Of a stretch of DNA of 56,436 bases, positions 52,609 through 56,436 are shown piece after piece. Origin of the DNA: Pigmentiphaga sp. (GTDB lineage: Bacteria > Pseudomonadota > Gammaproteobacteria > Burkholderiales > Burkholderiaceae_B); the NCBI RefSeq assembly GCF_019689535.1, contig NZ_JADGHH010000001.1:1-56436 (forward strand). Direction: 5' to 3'. Each line of letters starts with the position of its first letter. Positions within the stretch are counted from its first letter, which is position 1. The position numbers and the translations under genes were made by a program. Below the pieces are notes generated by a model. It was not told where the DNA came from, searched no databases, and saw only the letters and a list, made by a program, of their open reading frames with translations.

Positions 52609-53457
52609 CTAGTTCAGCCGCCAATACACCCCACCCATGCCGCAGCGCATCGGCGCGGAAGGAACATAAAACACCGTCTCCGCGCGCGTATTGCCGCATA
52701 CGCTCGCCGCGCCCATCGCCGCCACCCAGGCCAGCAATTCGCCCGCGCCGCCGTCGCCGCCGGTCAGCAGCTTTTCGAAGGTGAGCTCGCGCTTGACGCG
52801 TTCGGCGTCCCCCGATTCCATGAGCTCCAGGAACCAGCGGTCGAACGCCTCGTGCACGGTGAAATAGTCCTTGCCGCCTGGGTCGTGCGACAGGCCGCCC
52901 GTGCCCATGATCACGACGCGCTCGTCGGAGGGGAATTGCTGCACGATACGCGCAAGGCTTTCCCCCACTGCATAGCAGTGCGACGCCGTCGGGACGGGAG
53001 GCACGATGCAGTTCATGTGTATGGGAACGAAGCGCACGTCGTAGCGCGGGAATAGGAACTTGAGCGGCACCGACCAGTTGTCGTCGAACAGCAGTTTTTC
53101 CGCGAAGGCGTGATTGAAGCCGGCCTTGGCCGATTCACGCACCAGCGCCCGGCCGAGCTCTCGATGGCCCGCTACCTTGTAATCGGGAATGTTGAGCCAG
53201 TCGCGGAACCACGGCGCTGGGCCCTCCCATTCGTCTCCGATGCCGACGCAGAAGTCCGGGATGTTGTCGAGCGAGAAATTGAGCAGGTGATCATTGGCGA
53301 TGCCAATCACCACGTCCGGCTCGACCTCTTCCATGAGCTGGTGGAATTTCGCATAGCCGGCCAGCACGCCTTCCTGCTCGTGCTGCGGCGCCTTGTCTAT
53401 CCAACCGGTGACGCCTGGAGCGTGGGCCACGCCCAGGGCTGCTACGATTTTTGCCAT
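52609..53457 (-). CDS. Class III (LigB-like) extradiol dioxygenase, catalytic subunit
   Basis: H12 (AHAP), H57 (NDH) and E240 metal-ligand positions plus GGLSH. Confidence 0.85.
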   Translation of the reverse strand: MAKIVAALGVAHAPGVTGWIDKAPQHEQEGVLAGYAKFHQLMEEVEPDVVIGIANDHLLNFSLDNIPDFCVGIGDEWEGPAPWFRDWLNIPDYKVAGHRELGRALVRESAKAGFNHAFAEKLLFDDNWSVPLKFLFPRYDVRFVPIHMNCIVPPVPTASHCYAVGESLARIVQQFPSDERVVIMGTGGLSHDPGGKDYFTVHEAFDRWFLELMESGDAERVKRELTFEKLLTGGDGGAGELLAWVAAMGAASVCGNTRAETVFYVPSAPMRCGMGGVYWRLN

Positions 53458-53471
53458 ACGAATCTCCGCGT

Positions 53472-53777
53472 TCAGTTCTTGGTCGCGATACCCATTTTCT
53501 CGGCGTACAGGCGAGCCGCTTCGCTATCGTTGTGATTGCGCGCGGCGCCCTTGAAGAGCCGCGACACCTGGGGCAGGAAATAAGGATGGACGCCCAGCTT
53601 GCCGAGCGCCTCGATGTCCATGGCTCGCCAGGCGCGTTTTTCCTCCTCGCTCAGGCCGTAAGCCGTCATGGTGGCTTCGAGGTCTTCCTTGAAGGCACGG
53701 TATTTCTGCTCGTCGCGCCGCAGTTCGAACACCATGCGGTTGGAGGGCAGAGTCTTGTCGGTGTCTCGGATTCCCAT
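53472..53777 (-). CDS. LigA-like small dioxygenase subunit
   Basis: 101 aa with F..D.E.....YGLSEEEK...D...L...GVHPY; AAGGAG RBS; directly upstream of the LigB-like gene. Confidence 0.75.
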   Translation of the reverse strand: MGIRDTDKTLPSNRMVFELRRDEQKYRAFKEDLEATMTAYGLSEEEKRAWRAMDIEALGKLGVHPYFLPQVSRLFKGAARNHNDSEAARLYAEKMGIATKN

Positions 53778-53922
53778 GCTGACTCCTTGGTTCGATGAAA
53801 ACGATGGGTCGGTCAACGTGCCGCGGCAGGCAATGCCGGTTTTCCTTCCCTGTCCCGGCTCCTGCGGAGGTGATGGCCGGCGAGCCCGGACGGCGCGGGA
53901 ATGCCGCGACAGTGGGCTGCTC

Positions 53923-54603
53923 TCAAGCCTTGTCCCAGATTTGACGCAGCGTCGTACTCGGACACACGTCGCCGAACAGGAAGCGGACGTTGGCCAGTGT
54001 CGCCGCGTGTTCGGCAGGGCTGTGGGAGGCGACGGCGTCTTCGGCGACCACGCAGTAATAGCCTAAGGTATGGGCGGCACGCAGCGTCGTTTCGACGCAT
54101 ATGTGCGTTTGCACGCCCGTGAAGACAATAGTCCGTATGCCGCGCGCTTGCAGCGTTTCATGCAAGCCTGTCCCGTGAAAGCCGCTGTACGTATGTTTGG
54201 TGAATACCGGTTCGTGGGGCTGCGGCGCCACGCCGAACCAGTCGCTTCCCCACGTGCCCGGGACGCAGCAGTCGCTCGTGATACCTCGGGCTTGCAGCTT
54301 GACTTGCATCGGGGGCGGGATCCGATGCCGCGTGTAGTCCGCGCGTACCCAGAAGACCGGGACGTCCGCCGCCCGCGCGGAGGCCGCCAGCGCGGCGATG
54401 GCGTCGACGATGGCCGCTGCCGAGGAGACGTCTTTGCCCATGATGGTGTCGATATATCCGCCGGGCGCGCAAAAGTCATTCTGCATGTCGATGACCAGCA
54501 AGGCAGACGACTCCGGGGACAGCCGCTCTTCCAGCGATACCGGCAGGGTTCCGCTTGCCGCGGCTGTCGCGGCAGATATGCCGGACTGGGGATGTTGCAA
54601 CAT
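53923..54603 (-). CDS. Cysteine hydrolase (isochorismatase family), RutB-like amidase
   Basis: Asp-Lys-Cys triad in IDMQNDF, K..YSGF and T.ICVE.T; AGGAGG RBS. Confidence 0.88.
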   Translation of the reverse strand: MLQHPQSGISAATAAASGTLPVSLEERLSPESSALLVIDMQNDFCAPGGYIDTIMGKDVSSAAAIVDAIAALAASARAADVPVFWVRADYTRHRIPPPMQVKLQARGITSDCCVPGTWGSDWFGVAPQPHEPVFTKHTYSGFHGTGLHETLQARGIRTIVFTGVQTHICVETTLRAAHTLGYYCVVAEDAVASHSPAEHAATLANVRFLFGDVCPSTTLRQIWDKA

Positions 54604-54668
54604 GTGGGCGCTGCCTCCTATTGGGGGGTAGGTTCCGACGACCATGGCGCCGGTGTGGGATTGTGAAT

Positions 54669-54698
54669 AATCGATTCTAGAAACTGTAAACGATTTTT
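54669..54698. promoter_or_regulatory. Putative GntR/FCD operator half-sites
   Basis: AATCGATT palindrome and AAACGATTT in an AT-rich divergent intergenic region. Confidence 0.35.
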
Positions 54699-54863
54699 TT
54701 ATGAGAGTGGAGTGGGAAGATTGCGTCGCGTCCATGGCGTCGGCCGGATTGCCGCGGATCGGTTACTTTGCGCGGCGTCGCGGGAGCGCGGTGGCAGAAT
54801 CGATGGGGGCTGCGTGCTACGATTCGCCGAGCGACGCGGCCATGCCGTTCGTCTGAAAGGAGA

Positions 54864-55589
54864 ATGATGAAATCCGTCGTTTCTGCCGAGCCTCCGACTG
54901 CCGAGGCGGGCCAGAACTTCGCCAGTGTGATCGCAACGCGCCTGCGCAATGACATTGCTTCGGGGCGGCGTCCGCCGGGCACGAAGCTGTCCATCGAGGT
55001 GCTCAAGGGGGAGTTCGGCGTCAGCTTGTCTCCCCTGCGCGAAGCGCTGGCGCGCTTGGCCACGGAAGGCTTTGTCGTCAATGAGGACAAAAAAGGCTTC
55101 CGGGTGGCCCCGGTGTCGCGTGAAAACCTCGCGGAAGTGGCGAAACTGCAGGCCACCCTCGAACCGATGGCCTTGCGCGAATCCATCCGGCATGGCGACA
55201 ACGCCTGGGAAGAAAGCGTCGTCCTGACCCACCACCGGCTCATGCGTTACGAGCGGCCGGAGCGGAAAGAAGGGCGGGACGTGGATGAGTGGGAAGCACA
55301 CCATCGCGGCTTCCATCTCGCGCTCATCTCTGCGTGCCGCATGCCAATGGTGCTCAGCATTTGCGAGTCGCTGCAGTATTTCAGCGCGCGCTATCGGCGG
55401 CTCTTCCTTGCGTACCAGCCATTCGATCGCGACGTCCGGGGCGAGCACCAGGCGCTCGTGGAAGCCGTGCTCGACCGCAGCGAAGATGACGCGGCCGAGC
55501 TGCTCTGCACCCATATCGAGCGAACGGCGCGCAACATCATGGACGCACTCGACGCCGGGGCGGTCGCGGCCGCCGCCGTGCCGAGTTGA
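54864..55589 (+). CDS. GntR family (FCD, CsiR-like) transcriptional regulator
   Basis: LRNDI..G...PG.KL and SPLREAL.RL..EG HTH; WE.HH..FH and EH metal-site motifs. Confidence 0.9.
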   Translation: MMKSVVSAEPPTAEAGQNFASVIATRLRNDIASGRRPPGTKLSIEVLKGEFGVSLSPLREALARLATEGFVVNEDKKGFRVAPVSRENLAEVAKLQATLEPMALRESIRHGDNAWEESVVLTHHRLMRYERPERKEGRDVDEWEAHHRGFHLALISACRMPMVLSICESLQYFSARYRRLFLAYQPFDRDVRGEHQALVEAVLDRSEDDAAELLCTHIERTARNIMDALDAGAVAAAAVPS

Positions 55590-55694
55590 AGCACGCTGTC
55601 AGGCGCGCTAGCATAGGGAAATCGCCAGGCACGAGCCGATAAATATTCACCAACCGTTTCACGCCAGCGCCGGCGTCGTGCCGAGGAGGCAGTC

Positions 55695-56159
55695 ATGATC
55701 AAAGTCAGTGAAATCCTGCGCGTCAAAGGCGATGCGCTTTACACGGCCAGCCCGGATACTCCCGTCGCCCAGGTCGTCGATACCATGGCGCTGCAGGACA
55801 TCGGTTCTCTCGTCATCATGGAATTCGGCGAGTTGGTGGGCATGCTGACGTTCCGCGAAATCATTCGCCACCTGCATGCCAACGGCGGCTCGCTGGGCAC
55901 GACCACCATTCGCTCCATCATGGACGACGCGCCGGTCACGGTGTCGCCCAACACCGAAGTCAATGAGGTGCGTCGCTTGATGCTCGACAAGCACGCCCGG
56001 TACATCCCCGTCATGGACGGGCGCATGTTGCTGGGGGTCATCTCCTTCTACGACGTGGCCAAGGCCGTATTGGAAGCCCAAAGCTTCGAAAACCGCATGC
56101 TCAAGGCTTATATCCGCGACTGGCCGGGCGAGCAGCGGGAAGCCGAAAGCCAGCTCTGA
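55695..56159 (+). CDS. CBS domain pair protein
   Basis: Tandem CBS motifs (IGSLVI...LVGMLT, RYIPV...LLGVISFYD). Confidence 0.9.
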   Translation: MIKVSEILRVKGDALYTASPDTPVAQVVDTMALQDIGSLVIMEFGELVGMLTFREIIRHLHANGGSLGTTTIRSIMDDAPVTVSPNTEVNEVRRLMLDKHARYIPVMDGRMLLGVISFYDVAKAVLEAQSFENRMLKAYIRDWPGEQREAESQL

Positions 56160-56252
56160 AGTGCCGACGGGGGCTGGATGCACCGGATCGGTGATCCGGT
56201 GCGATAATCACGGGTCACGCGCGTCCGCGTCCCTTTCGGAGCCAGATTCCCC

Positions 56253-56436
56253 ATGCCAGGCAGCACCCTCGGAGAACTCTTTCGCGTCACCAATTTCGGC
56301 GAGTCGCACGGGCCCGCGGTCGGCTGTGTGATCGACGGCTGCCCGCCGGGGTTGGAGCTCACCGAGGCGGACATCCAGGTCGAGCTCGACCGGCGGCGTC
56401 CCGGCACCTCGCGCCACGTGACGCAGCGGCAGGAAC
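56253..56436 (+). CDS. aroC: Chorismate synthase (5' part, truncated by the window end)
   Basis: ATG at 56253 reads [33 protein letters not shown]...DRRRPG. Confidence 0.95.
   Translation, partial: MPGSTLGELFRVTNFGESHGPAVGCVIDGCPPGLELTEADIQVELDRRRPGTSRHVTQRQE

Noticed and set aside
55635-55642. GCCGATAA (sigma28 -10 box) upstream of the CBS gene
   Set aside because: There is no TAAA-like -35 element at 15-bp spacing.

Overview
This is a GC-rich chromosomal segment from a betaproteobacterium, most likely Burkholderiales/Alcaligenaceae. That call is inferred from two Bug/TctC solute-binding proteins, the phaP-pbpG-iclR and nudix-aat-bpt-pyrD blocks, and the scpB-rluB-rimP-nusA-infB-rbfA-truB-typA order. 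About 56 credible CDSs and one initiator tRNA-Met are supported. Accessory modules are an intact siaABCD c-di-GMP aggregation operon with a lone FUSC gene beside the tRNA, puuD, a LysR/Bug/ligK/ligI-like module, a stress-type block (zwf, ybhP-clsB-ybhN, SDR) and a GntR-controlled RutB-like amidase plus divergent LigA/LigB dioxygenase module. The window ends inside aroC. No integrase, transposase, prophage or cas gene is visible. The best leads for undescribed biology are: (1) four correctly spaced sigma54 (-24/-12) motifs, three sharing a GGAACG variant, upstream of general-stress-type genes; (2) the amidase/LigAB unit whose LigB has DDN in place of the conserved DHG motif; (3) structured RNA candidates upstream of scpB, rimP and puuD; (4) a twin 15-bp operator upstream of siaA; (5) a two-unit, 61-bp-period hairpin repeat upstream of dusA. 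All family calls come from recognising motifs by eye; no database searches were run.
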